A stretch of DNA of 37,590 nt. Origin: Bacteroidales bacterium (lineage in GTDB: Bacteria; Bacteroidota; Bacteroidia; Bacteroidales; WCHB1-69). Of the stretch, positions 26,895 to 36,375 are shown piece by piece; position 1 is the stretch's first letter; each line of letters starts with the position of its first letter. A program made the translations under genes and the position numbers. The notes below the pieces were generated by a model that saw only the letters and a program-made list of their open reading frames with translations, had not been told where the DNA came from and made no database searches. The stretch lies in contig JAISTU010000151.1 of the NCBI GenBank assembly GCA_031272415.1, forward strand, positions 1 to 37,590, read 5' to 3'.

Positions 26895-26982
26895 GGGGGG
26901 CAAAAATGCAAAAAAAAAATCTCCACTCTACTCTCTACACTCTGAAAAAAGGGTTTTAATTTTTAATTGAATCTCTCCACTC
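26895..26982 (+). repeat. Inverted partner arm of cassette E (no -7 box), abutting the tsaB stop codon
   Basis: ggggggcaaaaatgcaaaaaaaaaatctccactctactctctacactctgaaaaaagggttttaatttttaattgaatctctccactc is the reverse-complement arrangement of the left arm. Confidence 0.7.
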
Positions 26983-27686
26983 TAATTCAGTCCTTTCACT
27001 TTGGGAACTCCTGCGCGAAATGCTTTGAGATAAAAAGGCTCAAAATAGGCTACATCTGCAAAATCTTTGCTAACGTATTGATTATGAACACTTTGCAATA
27101 AATTTCGAGCGGAAATGGGAGCATCGCAAAAAAACGCATTTTGATGTTTTTCATACAAAGGACGCACTTTTGTATTGGCATTGCCACAAAATACAACTTT
27201 CTGATTATTAAGCAATTGTAAATATGTATCATCGGATAAAATTACATTAGTAACATCTTCTTTTTTTTGCAAATTTTGGTCAAAAACAGTTGTATAAACC
27301 TCCATTCGTTTGGCATCTAACATAGATATAAACAATTGAGTATCAGGATATTGTATTTTTGCGGCAGTAGCAATTCCTAACAGAGTATCGGCAGCAATGA
27401 GCGGAATTTGAAGGGCATAACACAAACCTTTGCAGGTAGAAGTACCTATTCGCAAGCCCGTGTAAGACCCCGGACCTTGACTGACGGCAATCGCAGATAA
27501 ATCATTGAGACTTATATTCGCCCCATTAAGAGCCTGTTGTATTAAATCAATCACTTTTTCGGCATGAGAATTTTTGTTGTCATTTTCCACGCAAGATACA
27601 CATTGTCCGTCTTTTCCGATTGCTACTGAACATATTTCGGTAGTTGTTTCCAAAACTAATATTGCACTGTTTTTTGCCACAATCAT
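26982..27686 (-). CDS. tsaB: tRNA t6A37 threonylcarbamoyltransferase complex dimerisation subunit TsaB
   Basis: 234 aa with ILVLETTTEICSVAI at the N-terminus and SQGPGSYTGLRIG, the ASKHA-fold TsaB signature. Confidence 0.85.
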   Translation of the reverse strand: MIVAKNSAILVLETTTEICSVAIGKDGQCVSCVENDNKNSHAEKVIDLIQQALNGANISLNDLSAIAVSQGPGSYTGLRIGTSTCKGLCYALQIPLIAADTLLGIATAAKIQYPDTQLFISMLDAKRMEVYTTVFDQNLQKKEDVTNVILSDDTYLQLLNNQKVVFCGNANTKVRPLYEKHQNAFFCDAPISARNLLQSVHNQYVSKDFADVAYFEPFYLKAFRAGVPKVKGLN

Positions 27687-27731
27687 TTTTACAAATTTAT
27701 TCCTTTTTGTTTACATTTTTAATTTTTTGCC

Positions 27732-30338
27732 CTATTTTATCAGCGTTTTTATCTCATTTAATTTCATCAATGCTTCAACAGGTGTTAGTGTATTGATGTC
27801 CGTATTAAGAATATCTTCTTTTATTTGTATCAAAACAGGGTCGTCTAAAGTAATGAAACTCAATTGCATAGCCTTATTATTGGCAGTACTTTTTGCCGCA
27901 GAAGAAGTCAATTTTCGGGTCAAAGTTTCATGTTCCGATTTTTCCAATTTAGCCAAAATTTCGTTGGCTCTTTGCAAAACTTCTACCGGCATTCCTGCCA
28001 TGCGTGCAACATGTATCCCAAAACTATGCTCGGTGCCACCTTCTACTAACTTCCTCAAAAACAACACTTTATTGTTAATTTCTTTGACCGTAACATGAAA
28101 ATTTTTGATGCGAGGAAAAGATTTTTCCATTTGATTTAGTTCGTGATAATGAGTTGCAAAAAGCACTTTGGGGCGAAATTGTTTATGTTCATGCAAAAAT
28201 TCGGCAATAGCCCATGCAATAGAAACGCCATCGTAAGTGCTTGTACCTCTGCCTATTTCGTCTAAAAGAATTAAACTGCGAGACGAAATATTGTTCAAAA
28301 TGCTCGCCGTTTCAATCATTTCCACCATAAATGTTGACTCGCCCGAAGAAATATTGTCTGATGCCCCAACGCGGGTAAAAATTTTATCCACAATTCCAAT
28401 CGAAGCCGAATCTGCCGGCACAAAAGAGCCGATTTGAGCCAAAAGTACAATCAGAGCCGTCTGACGCAAAAGAGCAGATTTACCCGACATATTGGGTCCC
28501 GTTATCATCAAAATTTGTTGTGTATCTTTGTCAATATACATGTCGTTGGCGATATATTTTTCCCCCACAGGCAATTGAGTTTCTATCACAGGATGTCGCC
28601 CATTAACAATATCTATCGAATATTCCTCATGAATTTGCGGTCTTACATAATGATTGCTTTGCGCCGTTTGTTGAAAAGAAAGCAATACATCTAATTCTGC
28701 TATTAGTCTGGCATTCAATTGAATAGGTTGTATTTTTGTAGAAACATCGGTCAGCAATTCGCTGTAAATACGCTGCTCTGTTTCAATAATTTTTTCTTCT
28801 GCTCCCAGCACTTTATTTTCATATTCTTTCAACTCTTCGGTAACGTAACGCTCTGCTGTTGTGAGCGTTTGCTTTCGTATCCATGTTGAAGGCACTTTCT
28901 TTTTATGTACATTAGTTACCTCTAAATAATACCCAAAAACGTTGTTATAGCCGATTTTAAGAGAACTGATACCCGTTTTAAGGGCTTCATTGTTCTGCAA
29001 ATCAATCATATAATTTTTGCCGGATTGAGTGATATTTCTTAACTCATCTAATTGAGCATCAACTTTTTGACAAATTACACCTCCTTTTTGCAAATTAGCG
29101 GGCGGGTCATCGACTATTGTTTTATGAATGCGTGTGCTAACCCATTGAGCCTCATCTAATTGTGTTGCAATTTTTGCCAAAGTAGGATTATTGACTTCGC
29201 TCAATGTTTGCTTAATCTCCTTAATGGCATAAAGTGCTTTTTTGAGTTGTACCATTTCCCGCGGATTGGCTCTGGCAACGGCTACTTTTGAAATCAAACG
29301 CTCCAAATCGCCAATAGTTTCAATTTTAACTGCCAACTCATCTGCAACTTCTTGATTTTGAATTAAATAATCTACAACATCATGCCGCTCTGCAATTTGA
29401 TTTTTATCTTTCAAAGGCAAAGAAACCCACCGCCGCATCATGCGTGCCCCCATTGGAGATATGGTTTGGTCAAGCACATCTAAAAGCGTAACTGCATCTT
29501 CATGCGGAGAAGTAAATAATTCCAAATTGCGGATAGTAAATTTATCCAACCAAACGTGCTTATTTTCTTCTATACGCGAAATTTTGGTGATGTGAGATAC
29601 ATTATTATGTTGTGTATCAAATAAATAATGCAAAGCAGCACCGGCGGCTATCAATCCGTTTTCTTGATTCTCAACCCCAAATCCTTTAAAAGATGTTACT
29701 TGAAAATGCTTGAGTAACAAATCATTAGAAAAATCAGATGTAAAAACCCAATCCTCAAATGTAGAGGTAAAAAATTTATCCCCAAAAAGAGTTTTAAACT
29801 CCGATAATTTGTTTTTTTCAACAATCACTTCGGCAGGTGCAAAACTTTGCAACAATTTGTCAACATAATCCGAACTCCCTTCGGCAAGGTAAAATTCCCC
29901 CGTTGAAAGGTCTAAAAATGCCACTCCCAAAATGGATTTGCCTATATGTACGGCGGCTAAAAAATTGTTGGCTTTTGCCTCCAATATTTTGTCATTGTAA
30001 GATACCGCCGGCGTAACCAATTCAGTAACACCACGTTTGACAATCGTTTTTGCCAATTTCGGGTCTTCTAATTGGTCGCAAATGGCTACTTTGTAACCCG
30101 CACGCACTAATTTTGGCAAATAATTATCTAACGCATGATGCGGAAAACCCGCTAACTCACTGCTACTCGACCCGTTATTGCGGTGTGTAAGCACTATGCC
30201 CAATATTTTAGATGTCTTAATCGCATCTTCCCCAAATGTCTCATAAAAATCCCCTATCCGAAACAACAATAACGCATCAGGATATTTCGCCTTAAATGTA
30301 TTATATTGCTTCATCAAAGGAGTATCATTTCCACTCAT
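27732..30338 (-). CDS. mutS: DNA mismatch repair protein MutS
   Basis: 868 aa with [28 protein letters not shown] at the N-terminus, Walker [25 protein letters not shown] and FATHYHEL. Confidence 0.95.
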   Translation of the reverse strand: MSGNDTPLMKQYNTFKAKYPDALLLFRIGDFYETFGEDAIKTSKILGIVLTHRNNGSSSSELAGFPHHALDNYLPKLVRAGYKVAICDQLEDPKLAKTIVKRGVTELVTPAVSYNDKILEAKANNFLAAVHIGKSILGVAFLDLSTGEFYLAEGSSDYVDKLLQSFAPAEVIVEKNKLSEFKTLFGDKFFTSTFEDWVFTSDFSNDLLLKHFQVTSFKGFGVENQENGLIAAGAALHYLFDTQHNNVSHITKISRIEENKHVWLDKFTIRNLELFTSPHEDAVTLLDVLDQTISPMGARMMRRWVSLPLKDKNQIAERHDVVDYLIQNQEVADELAVKIETIGDLERLISKVAVARANPREMVQLKKALYAIKEIKQTLSEVNNPTLAKIATQLDEAQWVSTRIHKTIVDDPPANLQKGGVICQKVDAQLDELRNITQSGKNYMIDLQNNEALKTGISSLKIGYNNVFGYYLEVTNVHKKKVPSTWIRKQTLTTAERYVTEELKEYENKVLGAEEKIIETEQRIYSELLTDVSTKIQPIQLNARLIAELDVLLSFQQTAQSNHYVRPQIHEEYSIDIVNGRHPVIETQLPVGEKYIANDMYIDKDTQQILMITGPNMSGKSALLRQTALIVLLAQIGSFVPADSASIGIVDKIFTRVGASDNISSGESTFMVEMIETASILNNISSRSLILLDEIGRGTSTYDGVSIAWAIAEFLHEHKQFRPKVLFATHYHELNQMEKSFPRIKNFHVTVKEINNKVLFLRKLVEGGTEHSFGIHVARMAGMPVEVLQRANEILAKLEKSEHETLTRKLTSSAAKSTANNKAMQLSFITLDDPVLIQIKEDILNTDINTLTPVEALMKLNEIKTLIK

Positions 30339-30382
30339 TGAATCCCTTTATATTATGATTTATAATTTATGACTATATTTTG

Positions 30383-30390
30383 CAAAAATA
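30383..30390 (-). promoter_or_regulatory. -7 box (TATTTTTG on the minus strand) upstream of mutS. Only the core is present, not the full cassette.
   Basis: ttttgcaaaaatacacaaattt, 44 nt upstream of the mutS ATG. Confidence 0.55.
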
Positions 30391-30471
30391 CACAAATTTC
30401 GCAAATATTTTATTTTTTTCTATTTTGAGAAAAAAAGATTTTTATGCAAATTTTTACGCTATCTTATTGAT

Positions 30472-31965
30472 TTACCGATAACTATGCATGCCTCCTAATA
30501 AATAATTGACCCCAAAATAAGTCATTAAAACGCAAAAAAATGCAAAAATTAAGAATATATGAAAAAATATCGGCTTTTGAAAAAAAGATAAAATTTTACC
30601 ATGCAAAGGCATCGAATAGACAATCAATGTTATCAAAGCCCAAACTTCTTTCGGATCCCAGCCCCAATAACGTCCCCACGTAATATTTGCCCAAACTGCT
30701 CCCGTAAAAATACCTATCGACAAAAAACCAACGCCCAACAACAAAAGTGTCTGCGAAATGGTCTGCAATTGTGCCATCTGTGGAGTTTCTCCTTTGGTAA
30801 AAATTCGTAATGCAATGTAAATCAATGAATTAATAAATGTAAACGTAAAAACAGCATACGCAATCATTACCAATGAAACATGTATACTCATCCACGGAGA
30901 GGCTAAAACAGGCATCAAATTGCCGATTTGCGGGTTCATAAAATTGAGCGAAGCAACCAATAATGTAAAGCCCGATATGACTAATCCCCCCAGCGAAAGC
31001 AAAGGTGATTTCTTTGCTAATACAATGCAAATCAACACAATAACCCACGACAAAAACAACATTGTTTCATATCCGTTGCTCAAAGGAATATGAGAGGACA
31101 AATACCACCGAATTGCCAAATAAAGTGTCAATAAAACGCAACAAATCAGCAAAATACATCTATTTACACCAGAAATCCAAGTTGTTTTTTTGCCTTTTTG
31201 CATGAAAAATATATAAAAAAAGACAAGCAATATTCCTGCCGATAAATGAATTTTAAACAAAACATTGACAATGTTAAATGAATTGTAAATCAATTCAATA
31301 CGTACTTTTTTGTCATCAATGCTGCCTTTTTCGGCTCTGCTTTTTTGAAAAAGTGATATTTTGTGAATAATTTCCAAAATTTGAGCATGATTTTGTTCTC
31401 CAACCGATTCATAAAGCAACTGAAAAACATTGGAAATGAACAAAGTATCATTTGCATCTGCGAGCGATAAATCATCATTTTGGGCATACCATTGTGATTT
31501 TTGCGGGAATATTTTCAAAGATTCTCCTGTATGCAGAGCGCGAATGAGGCTGATTTTTTCTATCGCTTCTTTGATGGCTACATTGTGAGGGTCGTAACCA
31601 CCTCCCCAACGAAACAATTGATATGTCTCCGCATTCCCCAGAAAATCAGTCAGTTTAGCATATTTTTTGACACCCAATTTTTGTTGCAATTGCTTACTTT
31701 TTATCTTAAAAAACGGCTCATTTTGCCACTCTTCCGGGAAAAATAACCAGCCTGATAGCACTTGTACGGCATCTAAATCCTTGTAGGTAGATTGTCCATA
31801 AATTTTGCGACAAAAATCTTTGGCATAACTATCCAAAACCGCAATTCGTCCATTATAAAAGATTGATAATGAGCCTAATGCATTAGCCTCCTCTTTCGTA
31901 ATTGTTTTTTGCCCCACAACCGAAAAAGAAATAAATAAACCTAAAAACAGAGGTAACAACCTCAT
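30472..31965 (-). CDS. ccsA: Cytochrome c biogenesis protein, CcsA/ResC family (heme-handling WWD motif)
   Basis: Carries the W-rich motif WGRYWGWDPKEVWAL and multiple C-terminal TM helices. I place the start at Met58 of the listed ORF (MRLLPLFLGLFISFSVVGQ, a signal-like sequence), because the listed extension to 32136 runs through the gene's own -7 box at 32021-32028. Confidence 0.75.
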   Translation of the reverse strand: MRLLPLFLGLFISFSVVGQKTITKEEANALGSLSIFYNGRIAVLDSYAKDFCRKIYGQSTYKDLDAVQVLSGWLFFPEEWQNEPFFKIKSKQLQQKLGVKKYAKLTDFLGNAETYQLFRWGGGYDPHNVAIKEAIEKISLIRALHTGESLKIFPQKSQWYAQNDDLSLADANDTLFISNVFQLLYESVGEQNHAQILEIIHKISLFQKSRAEKGSIDDKKVRIELIYNSFNIVNVLFKIHLSAGILLVFFYIFFMQKGKKTTWISGVNRCILLICCVLLTLYLAIRWYLSSHIPLSNGYETMLFLSWVIVLICIVLAKKSPLLSLGGLVISGFTLLVASLNFMNPQIGNLMPVLASPWMSIHVSLVMIAYAVFTFTFINSLIYIALRIFTKGETPQMAQLQTISQTLLLLGVGFLSIGIFTGAVWANITWGRYWGWDPKEVWALITLIVYSMPLHGKILSFFQKPIFFHIFLIFAFFCVLMTYFGVNYLLGGMHSYR

Positions 31966-32020
31966 TTTGTTAATATTACAAATAAAAAACATTTTTACCT
32001 TTTGTCGAAAAATCATTTTG

Positions 32021-32160
32021 CAAAGATACACAAAAAAATGAAAAAAATATTCCCCAAATATAGTGAAAAAAACAAATAATAATAATGATAAATAGGGAGA
32101 AAAGAGTATAGCAGAGTGAAGAGTTTTTTTTTGCATTTTTGGGATAAAAACGTTCTAATA
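32021..32160 (-). repeat. Promoter cassette copy G-left (upstream of ccsA)
   Basis: -7 box caaagata at 32021-32028, heptads agagtatagcagagtgaagag (32103-32123), then ttttttttgcatttttgggataaaaacgttctaataaa. Confidence 0.65.
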
Positions 32161-32170
32161 AATGAAAAAA

Positions 32171-32268
32171 ATTGTCTGAACCACGATTTTCATAAGATTT
32201 ATAAGATTAGCATGATTAAAATAATCATATAAATCATTAAAATCATTCCAAATCACAGTTCAGACAAT
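32171..32268. mobile_element. MITE-like element, 98 bp, TIRs ATTGTCTGAACCACGATTT / AAATCACAGTTCAGACAAT
   Basis: 16 of 19 TIR positions are complementary. The AT-rich interior contains gatt/aatc sub-repeats. It sits between two divergent promoter cassettes. Confidence 0.7.
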
Positions 32269-32277
32269 GCAAAGAAT

Positions 32278-32349
32278 AATTCTCCATTCTTCATTCTCAA
32301 TTAAAAAAAAAGTTTTTTAATTTTTAATCCAAGAAAAAGTGTATCTTTG
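32278..32349 (+). repeat. Promoter cassette copy G-right (drives the plus-strand OMP gene)
   Basis: Variant heptads attctccattcttcattctc, aattaaaaaaaaagttttttaatttttaat, and the -7 box TATCTTTG at 32342-32349. Confidence 0.7.
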
Positions 32350-32354
32350 TAAAT

Positions 32355-33653
32355 ATGAAACTATATAAAGTAGGAGTTCATTCATTTTTGATAAAATGTT
32401 TTGAGTTAGCATGTTGTGTGCTTTTGTATTTATTGTTGTGTGTGGGGGTGAAGGCTCAGAACCAACTCAATTCGCCGTATTCGCGTTTTGGGGTGGGAGA
32501 TATATCTTCACGGTCGGCGGCAAGTATTATGTCTATGGGGGGGACGGCTTTTGCATTTCAGTCGTCTTCGGCGGTAAATTATGCTAATCCGGCGGCATAT
32601 ATTGCTTATGATTCGCTTTCTTGTCTTTTTGATGCGGCATTTTCGTTCAAAAATCATACATTAACGGCAGCCTCAACACAAAAAGGAGCAACGATGTTGT
32701 TTGATTATGTAGCCTTTGGTATTTCTGTTCGGCGTTGGTGGAAGACAAGTTTAGGGTTTCAGCCTTATTCTTCCATGAATTACACGGTGATTGAGCCAAA
32801 AAGTTTGGACTCCAATACATATAATATATTGTATACCGGACGTGGAGGTATCAATGAGGTTTATTGGGGCAATGCGTTTCGTTTGTTCAAAAATTTTTCA
32901 TTAGGATTTAATGTTTCCTATCTATTTGGCAGTTATATTCGTCAGCGACAAGTGGAATGGGATAGTAGTGATTTTTTTAATTCGCTCATTAGTCGCAACA
33001 ATCATGTTAATGGAGTGGCTTTAAATATTGGTACTCAATATTTTATACCTGTTAAAGATAAGGGTGAAATCGGGATTGGTTTGGTTTGTACGCCTCCTAT
33101 TCCCATATTTTCCAAATACAATCAAGAGATTGTCACTTATATAGGTACAGCAGATGCGGTTACGTATATAGATACCATTTATCCGCAAACGGAGTCCAAG
33201 CAAAAGCACAGTATGCCATTGTCGATAGGCGGTGGTTTGTCTTGGATAAAAAGGGATAAATATTTTGTAGGAATGGATGTTAAGTGGACAAATTGGTCAA
33301 AATATGCACTTGATGGTCAAAATGATTCATTATCTGATGCGTTGAAATTTTCAATAGGAGCCAATATTACTCCGCAAGCGACAGGAAAAATGTATTTTTC
33401 ACGCGTAACATACAGTCTTGGAGTAAGTTATGAATTAACACATCTTAAATTTAACGAGCAACAATTGGCAAAATATGCCATTAGTGCTGGATTATTTTTT
33501 CCAATTAAGCGGTCAAAAACGGGTATTGGCATGATTTTTGAATATGGAAGTTTAGGTACTACCTCCAATGGATTGATAAAAGAAGATTATTTTTCAATAA
33601 CACTCAATTTGAGAATTCATGAAAGATGGTATCAACGCATTAAGTACGAATAG
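32355..33653 (+). CDS. Putative outer-membrane beta-barrel protein (Bacteroidota putative-porin type)
   Basis: 432 aa with a signal peptide ending VKAQ, followed by NSPYSRFGVGD, a motif common at the mature N-terminus of Bacteroidota putative porins. It has alternating beta-strand patterning. The ATG lies only 5 nt after the -7 box, so either the mRNA is leaderless or the TTG at about 32388 is the real start. Confidence 0.55.
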   Translation: MKLYKVGVHSFLIKCFELACCVLLYLLLCVGVKAQNQLNSPYSRFGVGDISSRSAASIMSMGGTAFAFQSSSAVNYANPAAYIAYDSLSCLFDAAFSFKNHTLTAASTQKGATMLFDYVAFGISVRRWWKTSLGFQPYSSMNYTVIEPKSLDSNTYNILYTGRGGINEVYWGNAFRLFKNFSLGFNVSYLFGSYIRQRQVEWDSSDFFNSLISRNNHVNGVALNIGTQYFIPVKDKGEIGIGLVCTPPIPIFSKYNQEIVTYIGTADAVTYIDTIYPQTESKQKHSMPLSIGGGLSWIKRDKYFVGMDVKWTNWSKYALDGQNDSLSDALKFSIGANITPQATGKMYFSRVTYSLGVSYELTHLKFNEQQLAKYAISAGLFFPIKRSKTGIGMIFEYGSLGTTSNGLIKEDYFSITLNLRIHERWYQRIKYE

Positions 33654-33705
33654 AATAAAATAAATATATAAAATAAAATTTAGAAATAGAATATAAAAAA
33701 AAAGC

Positions 33706-35145
33706 ATGAAGATTTTAAATGTAAAAACAATTAGCAGTGCAGTATTTGCTTTTATGGGTATCATCCCTATGTTAAAAGGGCAAGAAAGTAAGTGGGGTAA
33801 GGATAGTATTGACTGTCAGACCAATATTTCTCTTTATCGGGAGGACTATAAACAAGGGAATTACAAGCGGGCTTATGAGCCATGGAAAAAGGTTTTGCAG
33901 GATTGTCCGATGTCAACGCAGTATGTTTTTGCTGACGGGTCCAATATTTTGGATTATATGATAAAAAATGAAACCGACAGCGTCAAAAAAGAAGCATACA
34001 TACAGGAAATGTTTGATTTCTTTGATTTAAGAATAAAATGTTACCCTGATAAACAGGCGTATGTTTTGGGACGTATTGGCATTTATATGATGAAATATAG
34101 GCAGCATGAATACAAAAAAGCATACGAAATATTAGGACAAGCCATTGATTTGGGCGGTTTGGAAACATCACCGCAAGTGCTTGACGTTTATTTTATTACG
34201 GCAGAATATTATATGAAAAAAGAGCGTTTGGATACCTCTATTTTGATTGATGCTTATGATAAAATTACGGAAAATTTGGATGCCATGTTAGACCAAGCCG
34301 AAAAAGCACTTGAAAAAGCCATGCGTCCTATTTATCAATTGCAAGAACAAAAAGATGGTTTTCTGATTTCAGATGAGGATTATATTGCTACTTATGAAAG
34401 ATTGGCAAAAGATTCTGCCAAAGCAGCCTATAATTTGGAACAACTTAAAAAAGCAAGCAATAATTTAGATATTCGTTTCTCAAAATATGCGTCTTGCGAC
34501 TTATTGACACAAATTTATCGTAAAAAATTAGATATTTCAAAAGATGAGCGTATTTTGAAACAAATTATTAAGTTTTTCCCAAAAGCAGGCTGTCCGGAGG
34601 ATAATGAGGTGTATATTATAGCAGTTGAGGAGTTGCATAAAATGTCGCCTAATGCGAAAACGGCTTATTTTATGGGTAAAAATAAATTTTTGAAAAAACA
34701 ATATAACGAGGCTTTGGAATATTTTAAACAAGCACAATCGTTATATGACAAAGAGTCGGACAGCATTATCACTTATTTATTGATGGGGGCTTGTTATCAG
34801 CAAATGGGGCAATATAATAATGCCAGAGATTGTGCGTATAAAATTCTCAAACTCAATCCTAATGAGGCACAAGCATATATTTTGATGGGAGATTTATACA
34901 GTCAATCTTCGGGTGTATGTAGCGGTTTGGATTTGCCTGCGTCCATTTATTGGGCGGCGGCAGATAAATACGCCAAAGCCAAATCTATAGCAACAGACCC
35001 TGCTATTGCAGAGCAAGCACAGAAAAAACTCAATGCGGCTGTTGCCAGATTTCCCAAAACGGAAGAATACTTCCAAAGAGGTCTCACCAAAGGTCAAACG
35101 TATCAGGTAGGTTGCTGGATAGGCGAGACTACCACGATTAGATAA
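33706..35145 (+). CDS. Secreted TPR-like repeat protein
   Basis: 479 aa with a signal peptide and helical-repeat segments with TPR-like A/Y/L spacing (e.g. YNEALEYFKQAQSLY, GQYNNARDCAYKILKLNPNEAQAYILMGDLY). Confidence 0.55.
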   Translation: MKILNVKTISSAVFAFMGIIPMLKGQESKWGKDSIDCQTNISLYREDYKQGNYKRAYEPWKKVLQDCPMSTQYVFADGSNILDYMIKNETDSVKKEAYIQEMFDFFDLRIKCYPDKQAYVLGRIGIYMMKYRQHEYKKAYEILGQAIDLGGLETSPQVLDVYFITAEYYMKKERLDTSILIDAYDKITENLDAMLDQAEKALEKAMRPIYQLQEQKDGFLISDEDYIATYERLAKDSAKAAYNLEQLKKASNNLDIRFSKYASCDLLTQIYRKKLDISKDERILKQIIKFFPKAGCPEDNEVYIIAVEELHKMSPNAKTAYFMGKNKFLKKQYNEALEYFKQAQSLYDKESDSIITYLLMGACYQQMGQYNNARDCAYKILKLNPNEAQAYILMGDLYSQSSGVCSGLDLPASIYWAAADKYAKAKSIATDPAIAEQAQKKLNAAVARFPKTEEYFQRGLTKGQTYQVGCWIGETTTIR

Positions 35146-35165
35146 TTGGTTAGATAAAATTAAAA

Positions 35166-35729
35166 ATGTATCTATTTCATGTACATATAGTAAGGGTAGT
35201 CGTTTTGATGACTATCCTTACATTTTTTGGAGGCTGTAAAAATGATATTGCAAAAGTTAATTCATTGATAGACAAGCATAAACAGCCATTAGAACAGTCT
35301 TTTAATATGCACCTCTATTACAGTGTAGGAGGCAATATTAAATATGAATTCATTTTCCCCAAAGTGAATAAATATAAAACACCTGAAACTTATCTGGAGT
35401 CGCCCGACGGTTTTGAAATTATAGGTTATGACGAACAGCATGAAAAAGACGTAACTTTGACCGCAAAATATGGTGTCAATTACGAAGACCGCAAACTTAT
35501 GGAGGCAAAAAACAATGTCGTTATCACCAATTTTAAAAAGAATGAAATCATTGAAACAGAGCATCTTGTGTGGGATATGAACAAACATATTATCTATTCC
35601 AATTCACAAATCAAACAAACCAAATCTGACGGCTCTGTTTATCTTGGGCAAGGTTTTGAGTCCGATGAAAATTTACAAAAATACACCATCCTCAAACCCG
35701 AAATTATTATCTATGCAGAAGAGAAATAG
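35166..35729 (+). CDS. lptC: Probable LPS export periplasmic protein LptC
   Basis: 187 aa with a membrane anchor/lipobox (FFGGC). Its size, beta-rich OstA-like patterning and the OMP-TPR-LptC gene order are as seen in Bacteroidota. The call rests on context and general resemblance only. Confidence 0.45.
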   Translation: MYLFHVHIVRVVVLMTILTFFGGCKNDIAKVNSLIDKHKQPLEQSFNMHLYYSVGGNIKYEFIFPKVNKYKTPETYLESPDGFEIIGYDEQHEKDVTLTAKYGVNYEDRKLMEAKNNVVITNFKKNEIIETEHLVWDMNKHIIYSNSQIKQTKSDGSVYLGQGFESDENLQKYTILKPEIIIYAEEK

Positions 35730-35865
35730 AAATATTTCAATTAAAAATTAAGATTGCAGGGCAATGACCTGCCTTGCCAAAAATCCATTTTTTCACTTTT
35801 TTTCTCCACTTTTTTTGTATCCTGTTGATAGTCAATGAAAATAATAAATTGTTGAAAATCAAAGG

Positions 35866-36372
35866 CTATTCATTTAATTCTTCTAAAATATAAATTTTTC
35901 TCTCTTTGACATTGTGCTTTTTTACAACTTTAAAAAGAGGAGTACTATAAAAATTAGCCGAAACAATTATACTGTCTCCGTCAAAAATGCCTTTTTTCTC
36001 AATTCGATTCTCTTTACAGATAAAAAAGAATTGATGTTGCCATTTTGTTTCATAAATAATTTTATGATTTTTCACTAAAACAACTTTATCTATTTCATCA
36101 GAATATAGTAATCCATTATGAGCAATATCAGACGGTTGCTTATCTTCTGCTATTAAGGGAACACTTGCTGCAAATTCATAACCATCAAATATATATAATG
36201 TATCATATTCCCTCTGAAATATCTTTCGCAAATCAATTAAACAGGTATCTTTTTCGACAAAGTTGCAATTTGATTGTATGTAATTATATAATTTTATATC
36301 AAAATTATTATTTATACAACCAACAAAAAGTATACCAAATAATACGAATAGGCATGATGATTTAGTTCTCAT
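35866..36372 (-). CDS. Putative immunity lipoprotein for the upstream Rhs-tip toxin
   Basis: 168 aa with the lipobox LFVGC. It starts 3 nt after the toxin stop and is extremely AT-rich (one sampled 60-nt line had 14 G+C). I recognised no family. Confidence 0.55.
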   Translation of the reverse strand: MRTKSSCLFVLFGILFVGCINNNFDIKLYNYIQSNCNFVEKDTCLIDLRKIFQREYDTLYIFDGYEFAASVPLIAEDKQPSDIAHNGLLYSDEIDKVVLVKNHKIIYETKWQHQFFFICKENRIEKKGIFDGDSIIVSANFYSTPLFKVVKKHNVKERKIYILEELNE

Positions 36373-36375
36373 AAT

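Noticed and set aside
31966-32136. A 57-codon N-terminal extension of the ccsA ORF (MQKKTLHSAILF...)
   Set aside because: The extension runs through the gene's own -7 box (32021-32028) and cassette sequence. Met58 (31965) gives a proper signal/TM start.
35756-35778. A hairpin between the convergent lptC and immunity genes as a bidirectional terminator
   Set aside because: Only alternative 5-bp stems are available (gcagg/cctgc or ggcaa/ttgcc), with no adjacent U-tract. This is too weak to call.
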